A DNA stretch of 64,000 bases, from positions 30,656 through 94,655 of the forward strand of contig CACPJP010000001.1 in NCBI GenBank assembly GCA_902634325.1, given 5' to 3'. Under the pieces are notes generated by a model. That model made no database searches. It was not told where the DNA came from and saw nothing but the letters and a program-made list of their open reading frames with translations. Of this stretch, positions 19,801 to 28,560 are shown piece after piece. The translations under genes and the position numbers were made by a program. Positions within the stretch are counted from its first letter, which is position 1. Each line of letters opens with the position of its first letter. The DNA comes from an uncultured Pelagibacteraceae bacterium. Lineage in GTDB: Bacteria > Pseudomonadota > Alphaproteobacteria > Pelagibacterales > Pelagibacteraceae.

Positions 19801-20736
19801 ATGATTAAAAAAACTTACGGTAAACATATATTTTATTTCTCTGCCTTAACGATTGTACTATTAATATTCGCAATAATTTTTGGAAGTAATCAAATACTTA
19901 CAAATGAATTGATAACTCCGATTGTTTGTTTATTTTTGATTTTGTCAGTAGGTATATCTCATGGCGCAATGGATAATTATAAAGCAAACAAACTACTCTT
20001 GATTTATAAAATTAACAATAAGTCAATATTTTTCATTATTTATATTCTAATTTCAATTTTTGTAATTCTATTTTGGAATCTCTATAGTTCATTAACTTTG
20101 TTATTTTTCTTATTGTTTGCTTCTTATCATTTTGGCAGGGAAGACACTTCTTTCTTGCATGGTGGCAATTCTAATCTTGATCAGTTGCTTTATTTAATTA
20201 AAGGTTCAATGATAGTATTTTCACCACTGTTTTTCCACTTTGATGAAACTCTGAAAATTTTTGAAACTTTGCTTTTAAGAAAGGAAATTTTAATTTTCCT
20301 AAAAGACGAACATTGGATAATAAATATTTTTCTTTGCTTAAATATTGTGGGTTATTTTTATTTTGTTTATAAAAATAAATTAAAAGACTTTGAAATTTTA
20401 TTTTTAGATATGTTAAATATCCTTATTTTAAATTATGTTTTTACTCCATTAATTGCTTTTACAATTTATTTTTGTTTTCTTCATTCAATCAGACACATCA
20501 TATCGATATCCTATGAGTTAAACCCAAGCAACTTTCTAGATGGAGTAAAAGCTTTTATTAAAAAAGCGTTACCTTTAACAATTGTTACGGCGGTTTTGTA
20601 TTTATTAGCTATAGTTTTTCTCTCGAATTCGTATGGTTTAAATGATGTAATTATAAAAGTAATATTTATTGGTTTGGCGTCGTTAACATTTCCGCATATA
20701 TTGCTCGAATATTTAATAGAAAAAAATGAAAAATGA
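19801..20736 (+). CDS. blh: Beta-carotene 15,15'-dioxygenase (Brp/Blh family; makes retinal)
   Basis: 311 aa polytopic membrane protein with conserved His residues (SHGAMD, ASYHFGRED, FLHSIRH, FPHILLE). Lies downstream of crtIBY. Confidence 0.8.
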   Translation: MIKKTYGKHIFYFSALTIVLLIFAIIFGSNQILTNELITPIVCLFLILSVGISHGAMDNYKANKLLLIYKINNKSIFFIIYILISIFVILFWNLYSSLTLLFFLLFASYHFGREDTSFLHGGNSNLDQLLYLIKGSMIVFSPLFFHFDETLKIFETLLLRKEILIFLKDEHWIINIFLCLNIVGYFYFVYKNKLKDFEILFLDMLNILILNYVFTPLIAFTIYFCFLHSIRHIISISYELNPSNFLDGVKAFIKKALPLTIVTAVLYLLAIVFLSNSYGLNDVIIKVIFIGLASLTFPHILLEYLIEKNEK

Positions 20737-21661
20737 ACTTAAAATTTTTTTAGCAGCACCAAGAGGATTTTGTGCTGGTGTTGATAGAGCTATAGAGATA
20801 GTTAAAAAAACCTTAAAAAAATATGGTTCGCCGGTATATGTAAGACACGAAATAGTTCATAACAAACATGTTGTTGAATCGCTGAAAAAATTAGGAGCTA
20901 TCTTTGTGGAAGAAATTTCGGAAATCCCAGACCTATCAAGACCCGTTATATTTTCAGCTCATGGCGTTCCTAAAAAAGTTCCCGAAGAAGCAAAACTCAA
21001 AAAAATTTTTTATGTTGATGCTACTTGCCCGTTAGTTTCCAAAGTGCATCATGAGACTGAGCAACTATATAAAAGGGGGTTTGATATCATTTTAATAGGA
21101 CACAAAAATCACCCTGAAGTTATTGGCACCATGGGGCAACTACCTAATGATTCAATTAAGCTTATAGAGACTGTTGATGAAATTAAAAATTTAAAATTCA
21201 CAAAACCGTTGGCTTATGTAACCCAAACAACTTTGTCGGTTGATGATACAAAGGAAATTATTGATGCCTTAAAGCTAAAATTTCCAGACATAAAAGGCCC
21301 AATCAAAGAAGACATCTGTTATGCAACAACGAATAGGCAGGCTGCAGTAAAAAAAATTGCAGCTAATTGTGAGATGTTTTTTGTAATAGGAAGTAAAAAT
21401 TCTTCAAACTCTGCAAGGCTAGTTGAAGTTGCAAAAAAATCAGGATGCAAAGATTCTGAACTCATTTTTTATGATAAAAAAATTCCTATAGAAAAAATAA
21501 AAAACTGTAAAACTATTGGCTTATCGTCTGGTGCTTCTGCTCCAGAAGAATTGGTTCAGAATTTTATTTCGGAAATAAAAAAAAATATGCAAGTTTCTAT
21601 TGAAGAAGTTGTAACAGCAAATGAAAAAGTGGCTTTTAGATTGCCGAAAGAATTAAATTAG
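20726..21661 (+). CDS. ispH: 4-hydroxy-3-methylbut-2-enyl diphosphate reductase
   Basis: APRGFCAGVDRAI, DATCPLVSKVH, HPEVIG and SSNSARL motifs. Overlaps blh by 11 nt. Confidence 0.93.
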   Translation: MKNELKIFLAAPRGFCAGVDRAIEIVKKTLKKYGSPVYVRHEIVHNKHVVESLKKLGAIFVEEISEIPDLSRPVIFSAHGVPKKVPEEAKLKKIFYVDATCPLVSKVHHETEQLYKRGFDIILIGHKNHPEVIGTMGQLPNDSIKLIETVDEIKNLKFTKPLAYVTQTTLSVDDTKEIIDALKLKFPDIKGPIKEDICYATTNRQAAVKKIAANCEMFFVIGSKNSSNSARLVEVAKKSGCKDSELIFYDKKIPIEKIKNCKTIGLSSGASAPEELVQNFISEIKKNMQVSIEEVVTANEKVAFRLPKELN

Positions 21662-22630
21662 ATGGCTATCTATACAAAATTAGATAAAGGAAAGATTACC
21701 TCTATCCTATCAAATTATAATCTAGGAAACATGAAAAAATTTGAAGGTATCAGGGAAGGAATAGAGAATACAAACTATTCAATAGAGACTGATAAAGGAA
21801 AATACATTTTAACAATTTATGAAAAAAGAGTTAACAAAGATGATCTGCCTTTTTTTTCTGAATTGATGCTAGGCTTGAGTGAAAAAAATTTTATTTGCCC
21901 AAAACCGATACCCAATAAAAATAGTAAATACATATCTGGTTTTGAAAATAAAAAATTTATGATCGTGAGTTATTTAGAAGGTAAATCTAAAAAAAATCTG
22001 TCTCCATCGGATTGTAAAATAGTTGGCAGAGAATCTGCGAAGCTACACGAAATTACAAAAAATTTTAGTTTTAAAAGAGAAAATAATCTCTCTGTAAAAT
22101 CTTGGAGAAAAATTTTTGATCAAGTCAAAGATAAATGTGGCAAAATTCACTCTGATCTTCCTAAGTTAATAGAAGGAAATTTGACTGATGTAGAAAAAGA
22201 TTGGCCAGTTAATCTGCCTAGCGGTATTATTCATGCGGATCTTTTCAATGATAATATTTTTTTTAAAAAAAATAAATTCTCTGGTTTTATTGATTTTTAT
22301 TTTTCATGTAACGATTTTTATGCTTTTGAAATCGCAATATGTTTTAACGCTTTGTGTTTTGAGGGAGTAAAGGAAAATTTGAGTTTTAATGTAACTAAAG
22401 CTAAAAAGTTTATGGAGGGCTACGGTGAAGTTAGAAAAATATCTGATCAAGAGAAAAAGTGTATAAAAGTTTTATCTCAGGGCGCTGCTTTAAGATTTCT
22501 ACTCACTAGGGTTTTTGATTATATTAACATTGTAGACGATGCGGTGGTAAAAATTAAAGATCCGATTGAATATTTAAGACGACTTGAATTCCATAAGAAT
22601 GCAAAAAGTTTTGAGGATTATCTTATTTAA
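21662..22630 (+). CDS. thrB: Homoserine kinase, type II (protein-kinase fold)
   Basis: MAIYTKL...GIREGIENTNYSIETDKGKYILTIYEKR N-terminus and the IHADLFNDNIFF catalytic loop, typical of alphaproteobacterial ThrB. Confidence 0.85.
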   Translation: MAIYTKLDKGKITSILSNYNLGNMKKFEGIREGIENTNYSIETDKGKYILTIYEKRVNKDDLPFFSELMLGLSEKNFICPKPIPNKNSKYISGFENKKFMIVSYLEGKSKKNLSPSDCKIVGRESAKLHEITKNFSFKRENNLSVKSWRKIFDQVKDKCGKIHSDLPKLIEGNLTDVEKDWPVNLPSGIIHADLFNDNIFFKKNKFSGFIDFYFSCNDFYAFEIAICFNALCFEGVKENLSFNVTKAKKFMEGYGEVRKISDQEKKCIKVLSQGAALRFLLTRVFDYINIVDDAVVKIKDPIEYLRRLEFHKNAKSFEDYLI

Positions 22631-22631
22631 A

Positions 22632-23063
22632 ATGAAATATAAAATATATACAGATGGCGCATGTTCTGGAAATCCTGGCCCTGGTGCTTGGGCAGCTATA
22701 ATTATCTTAAACGATGAGGTAAAAAATGTGTTTTGTGGTAGTGAAAAAAATACAACTAACAATCAAATGGAACTTATGGCCCCGATCAAAGCAATTCAAA
22801 AATTTAAAAAAAAATCAGAAATTTCAATTTTTACTGATTCTACTTATGTAAAAGATGGAATTACAATTTGGATTAAAAAATGGGAAAAAAATGGATGGAA
22901 AACTGCTTCGAAAAAACCTGTAAAAAATAAAGATTTGTGGAAAAAATTAAAAAATTTATCCTCAAAACATTCTGTAAAGTGGATCTGGGTAAAGGGTCAC
23001 TCTCAAGATAAATACAATAATTTGGTTGACGAACTTGCTCAAGGAGCTATAAAAAATAAATGA
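22632..23063 (+). CDS. rnhA: Ribonuclease HI
   Basis: IYTDGACSGNPGPGAW, NNQMEL, TDS and the C-terminal GHS..NN.VDELA motif. The true ATG is at 22632; the track ORF extends upstream into thrB. Confidence 0.92.
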   Translation: MKYKIYTDGACSGNPGPGAWAAIIILNDEVKNVFCGSEKNTTNNQMELMAPIKAIQKFKKKSEISIFTDSTYVKDGITIWIKKWEKNGWKTASKKPVKNKDLWKKLKNLSSKHSVKWIWVKGHSQDKYNNLVDELAQGAIKNK

Positions 23064-23440
23064 TCAAACAAATACCAAGCCAAGAAATAAAAGGTTATAT
23101 AAAAAATAATCCAAAAAGTGTTTTGCTTGATGTAAGAACCAAAGAAGAATGGGATCAGATTGGCAGTCCTGATGGCGACAAAATTGGACTAAAAACTTAT
23201 TTTTTATCGTCACAATTTGTAGGAGGAATTATCAATGAAAATTTTTTAGAGGAATTTAAAAATTTTAACATAAATCAAGATTCTCAGGTCTTAGTTATGT
23301 GTGCTTCAGGTAATAGATCTCAAAGAGCAGCTGAATTGCTAACTAAAGAGGGTTACAATTGTGCAAACGTTTCAGATGGTTTTACAGGAAACGGAGCAGA
23401 AAAGATTGGTTGGAAAAACAATCAATTGCCAGTCAAGTAA
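23060..23440 (+). CDS. Single-domain rhodanese (sulfurtransferase-like) protein
   Basis: LLDVRTKEEW and the active-site loop CASGNRS. 126 aa. Confidence 0.75.
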   Translation: MIKQIPSQEIKGYIKNNPKSVLLDVRTKEEWDQIGSPDGDKIGLKTYFLSSQFVGGIINENFLEEFKNFNINQDSQVLVMCASGNRSQRAAELLTKEGYNCANVSDGFTGNGAEKIGWKNNQLPVK

Positions 23441-23932
23441 CTAGATTTCTTTTAAAAAATTTTCTGCAGCTGAAATTTCACAATGACCAGTATCTTTTTC
23501 CACGCTTATCTTTTTAATTTTTCCTTCATCCACAAGCATGGTGTATCTGGACGATCTAATTCCTAAGCCCTTTGCTGATTTGTCAGTTTCCAGACCCATA
23601 AGCTTTGTAAATTCACAAAAGGGATCACCTAGCATTTTTATTTTATTACCCACATTGTTTTGATCTCCCCAGGCTTTCATAACAAATGGGTCATTTACAG
23701 ATAAGCAAAAAATGCTTTGTATACCTTTCTTGAGAGTATCCTCATATGATTTTATAAACCCTGGTAAATGTTTTGCCGAACAAACAGAAGTGAAAGCTCC
23801 TGGTAATCCAAAAATAATTGTTTTTCCACCAACGGTAAGGAGGTCTCTTATGTCTTTCTTTTGAACTAAATTACTATTGTCCAGAAAAAAAACTTGGGCA
23901 GAAGGAAGATCGTCGCCAACTTTAACTTTCAT
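23441..23932 (-). CDS. Peroxiredoxin (Prx5-type, AhpC/TSA family)
   Basis: The GLPGAFTSVCS peroxidatic Cys motif matches the Prx5 PGAFTPTCS pattern. 163 aa. Confidence 0.85.
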   Translation of the reverse strand: MKVKVGDDLPSAQVFFLDNSNLVQKKDIRDLLTVGGKTIIFGLPGAFTSVCSAKHLPGFIKSYEDTLKKGIQSIFCLSVNDPFVMKAWGDQNNVGNKIKMLGDPFCEFTKLMGLETDKSAKGLGIRSSRYTMLVDEGKIKKISVEKDTGHCEISAAENFLKEI

Positions 23933-25304
23933 TTATTCTTTCCAAAATATGATTTTTAACAACATCAATATTGTCATCAAGTGTAGCATAGCTTTCTTGC
24001 TTGTTTAAAATATTTTTTATGCTTTCGGGAATTTTTGGTTCGACTCCAGTTGCTCCCTTAACCGCCTCGGGAAATTTACAAGGATGAGCTGTACCCAAAA
24101 CCAACATTTCTTCGCCCGTTGAGTGAACTTCTGCTGATTTAAATGCTGTTGCTGTATGTGGATCAATCAACACCTGATTTTCCTCATAAACTCTCTTCAA
24201 AGTTTCTTTGGTTGATCTATCTGAAATAGTTGATGCAGAAAAATCATTTTTTATATGACTTATTTCTTTCTTGTTTAAAGAATAACCTCCTTCATTTTTT
24301 AGTTTGTCCATTAATGATTTTACCTTTAAATCATTTTTGCCAACGACGTCATACAGAAGTCTTTCGAAATTACTCGCTACCTGTATATCCATACTTGGAG
24401 ATATAGATGGTTTTGTTTTTGAAGGTTTATATTCTCCTGAATTTATAACTCTGCTTAAGATATCGTTTTCATTAGTTGCAACTATAAGTTTTTTAATTGG
24501 AAGTCCCATTTTTTTTGCAATGTATCCAGCATAGACATCACCAAAATTACCTGTGGGAACAGAAAAACTTATAGGTTTGTTTAAAAATTTCAAACCAATA
24601 AAAAAATAATAAACAATCTGAAAAACTATCCTTGCCCAGTTAATAGAGTTAACGCCAGACATGTTTATTTTTTCTCTAAAATTTTTATCTGCAAACATAT
24701 CTTTGACCAACCTTTGACAATCATCAAAATTTCCTTTCACAGCAATGTTAAAAATATTTTTAGAATCAACTGTGGTCATTAGTCTTCTTTGAACTTTTGA
24801 GATTTTATTATCTGGATGCAATACAAAGACATTAATATTGGATTTTCCATTCAAACCTGCAATTGCCGCCGATCCTGTATCGCCAGATGTAGCAACAATG
24901 ATATTAATTTTTTTATTATCTACTTTAATAAATTTTTCATAAATATTGCCAATTGGCTGCATAGCAATATCCTTAAAGGCCAAAGTTGGGCCATGAAAAA
25001 GTTCTACGAGAGAAATTTTTCCTATCTTTTTTAAATTAACAACATCTTTCGTTGAAAAATTTGAATAAGACTTTTTAATTATATTTTCTAATTCTTTCTC
25101 TTCTAAATCTTTTCCACAAAACTTGGATAAAATTTCTTTGGTTAAACCTGTGTAATTTAATTTTGCTATATTTTTAAGTTCATTCTCAGAATATTGTTTG
25201 ATTTTCTTTGGAATAAATAGTCCTCCATCTGGGGCCAATCCTTGTAGAAAAACATCCTTAAAACTAAAGTTTAAACTTTTATTTCTGGTGCTTATATATT
25301 CCAC
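23922..25304 (-). CDS. thrC: Threonine synthase
   Basis: MEYISTRN N-terminus, FHGPTLAFKD PLP-lysine motif, SGDTGSA. The start codon is GTG (25304-25302). Confidence 0.93.
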   Translation of the reverse strand: MEYISTRNKSLNFSFKDVFLQGLAPDGGLFIPKKIKQYSENELKNIAKLNYTGLTKEILSKFCGKDLEEKELENIIKKSYSNFSTKDVVNLKKIGKISLVELFHGPTLAFKDIAMQPIGNIYEKFIKVDNKKINIIVATSGDTGSAAIAGLNGKSNINVFVLHPDNKISKVQRRLMTTVDSKNIFNIAVKGNFDDCQRLVKDMFADKNFREKINMSGVNSINWARIVFQIVYYFFIGLKFLNKPISFSVPTGNFGDVYAGYIAKKMGLPIKKLIVATNENDILSRVINSGEYKPSKTKPSISPSMDIQVASNFERLLYDVVGKNDLKVKSLMDKLKNEGGYSLNKKEISHIKNDFSASTISDRSTKETLKRVYEENQVLIDPHTATAFKSAEVHSTGEEMLVLGTAHPCKFPEAVKGATGVEPKIPESIKNILNKQESYATLDDNIDVVKNHILERINES

Positions 25305-25477
25305 TAGCTAGAAGATTTATGTCTTTTTTTAAAATATTTTTTCCAAGACGAATTCATTAAACCTAGAACAGCAAACGAAAGTAAAATAACTAATAGAGCA
25401 ATCTGACCGCCTGATCTATCTGAGATGCAAACAGCACATAAACTAATTATTTCAGAGTTTAATATATCTAAAGTCAT
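25304..25477 (-). CDS. Unlisted 57-aa single-pass membrane protein between ctaG and thrC
   Basis: Manual translation gives MTLDILNSEIISLCAVCISDRSGGQIALLVILLSFAVLGLMNSSWKKYFKKRHKSSS. Its ATG overlaps the ctaG stop (ATGA) and its TAG shares one nt with the thrC GTG start. It is below the length cut-off of the ORF track. Confidence 0.45.
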   Translation of the reverse strand: MTLDILNSEIISLCAVCISDRSGGQIALLVILLSFAVLGLMNSSWKKYFKKRHKSSS

Positions 25478-25920
25478 TTCTTAAAAAAAACAAATTGGAT
25501 TATAGCCTCTTTTATATTCTTTGTCACTTTTGGGTCAACTAACAAAACTAGAGAGTATTTTTCTTTTTGACCACCTTTTAAATTCTGTTCTTCGTAGCAA
25601 AAGCAGTTCAGTTTTGTCATAAAATCTTTTAGTTCGTTGGGATAAACTTGAAAAGTTGCCATTCCATTCATGTTTTTATCGCTCAAATTTTTTACTGTGT
25701 AATTTATTGTTTTTACCTCACCTGGCACTATAAATATGTTTTCTTCTTCTGTTTCAAACTCAAATGGAAGATCTTTGTGAACACTTGTAATCAATTTTGC
25801 TTTAATAAGCTGGTCATTTCTATCATTTTCCTTGGAAAGAAAAATTGAAATAGTAAAGATTACAATTAAAAAAAATGAAAGACCTAAAATTAATTTATTT
25901 GATTTTTTTTGTTTAAACAA
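25474..25920 (-). CDS. ctaG: Cytochrome c oxidase assembly protein CtaG/Cox11
   Basis: N-terminal TM anchor plus the copper-binding CFCY motif (the CFCF equivalent). 148 aa. Confidence 0.85.
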   Translation of the reverse strand: MFKQKKSNKLILGLSFFLIVIFTISIFLSKENDRNDQLIKAKLITSVHKDLPFEFETEEENIFIVPGEVKTINYTVKNLSDKNMNGMATFQVYPNELKDFMTKLNCFCYEEQNLKGGQKEKYSLVLLVDPKVTKNIKEAIIQFVFFKK

Positions 25921-26860
25921 ATTTATCCACTAAAATTGATATAAAAATTGCAAACAAGTAAAGAATTGAAAAGGCAAATATTTGCTTGGCGATAATTTTT
26001 TCTGATTTTGAATCTTTCGTTTTTAAAAGTTTAAAACAAATAAAAACATAATACACACTCAACGGAAGAGAAAATGATAAATAAATGAAACCTAAAAATT
26101 TTAAATAAAATGGAGCTAAAGCTACAGGAAGCAGAAGTATAGAATAGATTAATATATTTTTTTTTGTAGTTTCGATTCCTGATATAACTGGCAACATGGG
26201 AATATTAGCCTTTTTATAATCGTCGGACTTAAACAGACTTAAGGCCCAAAAATGAGACGGTGTCCAAATAAAAATAAGAAGAAATAAAATAACTGGCTCT
26301 ACTGAAATTCCCCCTGTGGCTATAGACCATCCAATCACTGGGGGTAACGCTCCTGCTGCACCGCCAATTACAATGTTTTGAGGAGTTTTTCTCTTAAGCC
26401 ATATCGTGTAAACAAAAACATAAAATAAAATGGTTAATGCTAGTAAAGAAGCTGCCATAAGATTTGAAAAGAAATACAAAGCTCCTACTGAAATAAAAGA
26501 CGATGTTGTCCCAAAAATGAGAGCTTGTTTTTTAGTTAATTTTCCAGTTGGAATTGGTCTCAGACAGGTTCTCGACATCACAGAATCTACATCAGCCTCA
26601 TACCAACAATTTAAAGCTCCGGCAGCTCCAGATCCAAGAGCAACCGCTGTAATGGACAGGACAGCATATAAATAATCGACATTTTTAAAAGGAGCAATCA
26701 GAAAGCCTACTACGCATGTAAAAATAGCCAAAGACATAACTCTCGGCTTCATTAAATCGTACAAAGCTTTTAGATATTCAATATTGTCTAGTTTAAATGA
26801 TGGATGATTTTTCTTTAAGCGGTCGTGTCTAAAATTAACGTCCATTGTCCATTTGTTCAT
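25913..26860 (-). CDS. ctaB: Protoheme IX farnesyltransferase (heme O synthase)
   Basis: UbiA-superfamily polytopic protein with the NCWYEADVDSVMSRTCLRPIP motif, located in the cox cluster. Confidence 0.92.
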   Translation of the reverse strand: MNKWTMDVNFRHDRLKKNHPSFKLDNIEYLKALYDLMKPRVMSLAIFTCVVGFLIAPFKNVDYLYAVLSITAVALGSGAAGALNCWYEADVDSVMSRTCLRPIPTGKLTKKQALIFGTTSSFISVGALYFFSNLMAASLLALTILFYVFVYTIWLKRKTPQNIVIGGAAGALPPVIGWSIATGGISVEPVILFLLIFIWTPSHFWALSLFKSDDYKKANIPMLPVISGIETTKKNILIYSILLLPVALAPFYLKFLGFIYLSFSLPLSVYYVFICFKLLKTKDSKSEKIIAKQIFAFSILYLFAIFISILVDKFV

Positions 26861-27204
26861 TATTCTCCTAGAACAAAATAAATAAATCTCGTAAAAACTG
26901 TATACTTTCCTTCAGCAACCATCAGTCCTACAAAGCATGCTATTGCCGTCATAGGCCATAGTAAAACATTTACAAGAGTATAGCGTTCCCAAAAAAGATG
27001 CATAAAGAAAGCCATGATAAGCCCTGCCTTTAAAAACATAAAAATTAAAATTAAAGTCCATCTCAATAAACCTTGAAATTGATACCAATCAACCATGTAA
27101 GAAAAAAAGCTTAGGACAAATAATAGTCCCCAAATCCAAAGATAAATTCCAATCTTATGCGTTGTTGTTTTTTTTTCTTTATTTGTACCTGTATTATCAG
27201 TCAT
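26860..27204 (-). CDS. Small cytochrome oxidase subunit IV-like membrane protein
   Basis: 114 aa with three predicted TM helices, directly after the subunit III genes. The assignment rests on position and topology only. Confidence 0.5.
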   Translation of the reverse strand: MTDNTGTNKEKKTTTHKIGIYLWIWGLLFVLSFFSYMVDWYQFQGLLRWTLILIFMFLKAGLIMAFFMHLFWERYTLVNVLLWPMTAIACFVGLMVAEGKYTVFTRFIYFVLGE

Positions 27205-27212
27205 AATTTACC

Positions 27213-27917
27213 TTACCAAAGATAGAAGAAAGCAAAAATAAAAACCCAAACCAAATCTACGAAGTGCCAATAAAGTCCTAATATTTCTATGGCAACATAG
27301 TCTGATTTCATTGTGGTAAAATAACCTCTTCTACCAGTGTCAAAATCTCCTCTGAAAACTTTTCTTGCAAAAATAAATAAGAAAATTACTCCTATGGATA
27401 CGTGGGTTCCATGAAAACCTGTGATCATAAAGAAAAATGAACCAAATTGACCGGCGCCAAAAGGATTTTCCCAAGGTCTAACACCTTCGTGAATAAGTTT
27501 AGACCATTCAAACGCCTGCATCCCAACAAAAGTAAGTCCTCCTATAGCGGTTAACAAAATAAACCATCCGCACATTTTCCTATTTTTTTCATATCCATAC
27601 TTAACTGCTAGCGCCATAGTTCCGCTGCTAGTAATTAAAACAAAAGTCATGATCGCAATTAGCAACAGGGGTACTGGGACACCCATAAAATCAAGTGCAA
27701 ATACTTCGCTTGGATTTGGCCATTCCACCACTGTCGATGCTCTACCCTTCATGTAAGAAATTAAAAAACAACTAAAAATGAAAGTATCGCTTAATAGAAA
27801 AATCCACATCATGGCTTTTCCCCATTGAACACCTTTAAAAGCTGTTTGATCCGAACCAAGATCGTTAGGTATACTTTTCCAACCCTTTGGAAGTTTATCT
27901 ATAGATGATTGATCCAT
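27213..27917 (-). CDS. Cytochrome c oxidase subunit III
   Basis: GFHGTHVSIGVIFL and YWHFVDLVWVFIF motifs of heme-copper oxidase subunit III. Confidence 0.85.
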   Translation of the reverse strand: MDQSSIDKLPKGWKSIPNDLGSDQTAFKGVQWGKAMMWIFLLSDTFIFSCFLISYMKGRASTVVEWPNPSEVFALDFMGVPVPLLLIAIMTFVLITSSGTMALAVKYGYEKNRKMCGWFILLTAIGGLTFVGMQAFEWSKLIHEGVRPWENPFGAGQFGSFFFMITGFHGTHVSIGVIFLFIFARKVFRGDFDTGRRGYFTTMKSDYVAIEILGLYWHFVDLVWVFIFAFFYLW

Positions 27918-27927
27918 TTTATCCTTT

Positions 27928-28560
27928 TTATGTAAATAACATTAAGCCGAACAGCACCAACCAAACGGCTAGTAAAAAATGCCAGTAAATTGCACAAAGT
28001 TCTATACTGTGTTTTACGTCTTCTACTTTAGAATTTTTGCTTAAAAATTTTGATGTTGTTCTTCCCCAAAAATACAAACCACCAATCAAGTGTAAACCGT
28101 GTAGCGTAGTAAAAAGATAGAAAAATGCATTTGCCACATTAGTTGTTGCATAATAACCAGAACTCATAAGTTGATACCATGCCAATAACTGACCAATTAA
28201 GAAAGAATAGGCCAGAAAACCAACAAGGTATAATCCATTTTTTATTTTATCATTCTGGTCTTTGTCTGAAGCTAATTTGGTAAAGTGAAAGACTAAACTA
28301 CCTAAAATAATAACCCCTGTATTTAACCAAAGAAGCCATGGTTCCGGCATACTTCTCCAGTCGTGAACCAACATTCTGTCGGAATAAGCAACAATAAATA
28401 AAGAAAATATAACCGTGCTAACAACCATTATGGTTCTTAATCCTACCTTATATTTGCTTAAACTTAAGGTTTGCCCTTGGTGTTCATTGTCAATTGCAAT
28501 TTGATCCTTCTCCCAAGGTTTTTCAAATAATGATTTTATAATACCTTTTGATTTGCTCAC
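27928..28560 (-). CDS. Second subunit III-like protein (CoxO-like)
   Basis: 210 aa. The LHGLHLIGG and IYWHFLLAVWLVLF motifs are a divergent subunit III signature. Confidence 0.65.
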   Translation of the reverse strand: MSKSKGIIKSLFEKPWEKDQIAIDNEHQGQTLSLSKYKVGLRTIMVVSTVIFSLFIVAYSDRMLVHDWRSMPEPWLLWLNTGVIILGSLVFHFTKLASDKDQNDKIKNGLYLVGFLAYSFLIGQLLAWYQLMSSGYYATTNVANAFFYLFTTLHGLHLIGGLYFWGRTTSKFLSKNSKVEDVKHSIELCAIYWHFLLAVWLVLFGLMLFT

